A DNA stretch of 64,000 nt from Paraphysomonas bandaiensis (Eukaryota > Protista > Chrysophyceae), in assembly GCA_965644295.1 (NCBI GenBank), contig CBFFRP010000172.1, forward strand, positions 2,326 through 66,325. The letters run 5' to 3'. Below the pieces are notes generated by a model, which saw only the letters and a list, made by a program, of their open reading frames with translations, searched no databases and was not told the DNA's origin. Shown here piece by piece: positions 63,020 to 64,000 of the stretch (positions are counted from its first letter, which is position 1; every line of letters begins with the position of its first letter). Made by a program: the position numbers and the translations under genes.

Positions 63020-63760
63020 GACATGCCATATAAATAGCGATAAGTGTTCTGAATTTACTGCAGATTCGTAAATCAGAGGTGGTAACGCCATCGATGTGAA
63101 ATGTACTTCTAATTGTTACTTCGAAAAAATCATATTTTTATATATATGCAAGATTAAAGTATACTTGAACTTAACATATATAAGCTTTAGAGCACATATA
63201 GGGACCGACTATAATCCCTTTTGAATGTTGATAGTAGCACAACAACCAGAGAAGATCTTTTTCCAATTCATCAACTTTCATACGCCCAACAAAGTCTTAT
63301 AAAACAATATAACTTTGACAATATAATGACAAAATGCAGTATTCACTCTTTGATCTGGAAATCTTAGTAATACGGGCTCGTTTTTACGCTATAAGTCTTT
63401 GGCAATTAAATCCATCGGTAATAGGTAAAACTGAGTACCACGGTCCATGAAACCTTTCATAGAAGCAAACAAATGAGGTTCAGATAGTGGATGTAAGCCA
63501 GCTTCTAATATGTCGCGTATCGTTGAGTAGTTCCTGTTATGAGAGTTCTCATATATGTGCACAACGCATATCCATATCGTGGCTATTAACGGATCAATGA
63601 ACCAATCAGTTTCAAATTCCGAATATCTCATTGGTCAAAACCAATCTCTGTGTCTATACATAATACTTACAGGACTGCTGATACATCACGATCAACTTGT
63701 TAGAAACTCCCGATATACAGTTTCTAGCATTAAAAAAGGCATTTTATAAACAAATAAAAA
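63020..63760 (-). pseudogene. Possible decayed eukaryotic RNA-dependent RNA polymerase (RDR) fragment
   Basis: Collinear broken remnants GVSNKLIVMYQQ, ILEAGLHPLSEPHL, KRARI, TLLGV*..DELE, GIIVGPYMCSK and SDLRIC, separated by stops and frameshifts. No DLDGD seen. Confidence 0.4.
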
Positions 63761-64000
63761 TACAAAGTACACAAAATCTGTCATGGACACACTTTCAACC
63801 CAAACCATACCTATCCATACACTCCTCCTCCACTGCAAAGATGATCTACACGAACAATGATGTCATGGAAGCAAGAGATATCCCGCAAATGGAAAACGTA
63901 ATAAGGAAAATAAATTTCCCTAAAGTATATGTTTTTCTGTGTGTACAAAACTCATGAGTAAGACGGAAATGCATAACTACTCTTGGTGGTAAGACGACAT

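Overview
A gene-dense eukaryotic window with short GT-AG introns (about 50-60 bp). Gene content suggests a stramenopile or chrysophyte-like protist, but this is an inference. About 19 protein-coding genes were reconstructed by eye from split ORFs: a TSET/TPLATE TWD40-2/TTRAY-like WD40 protein, a CCaMK/CDPK-like kinase, a DUF4258-like domain fused to ankyrin repeats, a ~1890-aa armadillo protein, NSRP1/CCDC55, HemK, oligopeptidase B, a signal-peptide SPINDLY/GT41-like glycosyltransferase, a hybrid histidine kinase, an MFS transporter, an unknown multipass membrane protein, a CaaX dual-specificity phosphatase, thymidine kinase, a RING-H2 ligase, two TPR-like proteins, a cell-surface protein, ubiquitin-RPS27a and a tandem-repeat protein. 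Intergenic DNA holds two non-autonomous hAT families with 8-bp TSDs (some nested), a probable solo LTR, another TIR element, a possible DIRS-like repeat family, micro/minisatellites and a probable decayed RdRP gene. Two observations stand out. (1) The 59725-62731 protein has 23 tandem 31-aa units in higher-order blocks, and 15 of them carry a canonical eIF4E-binding YxxxxL(phi) motif. (2) An intronless protein at 8394-9887 fuses a toxin-like DUF4258 (putative RNase) domain to ankyrin repeats inside a TE-rich island. All calls come from manual inspection; no database searches were run and exon boundaries are approximate.
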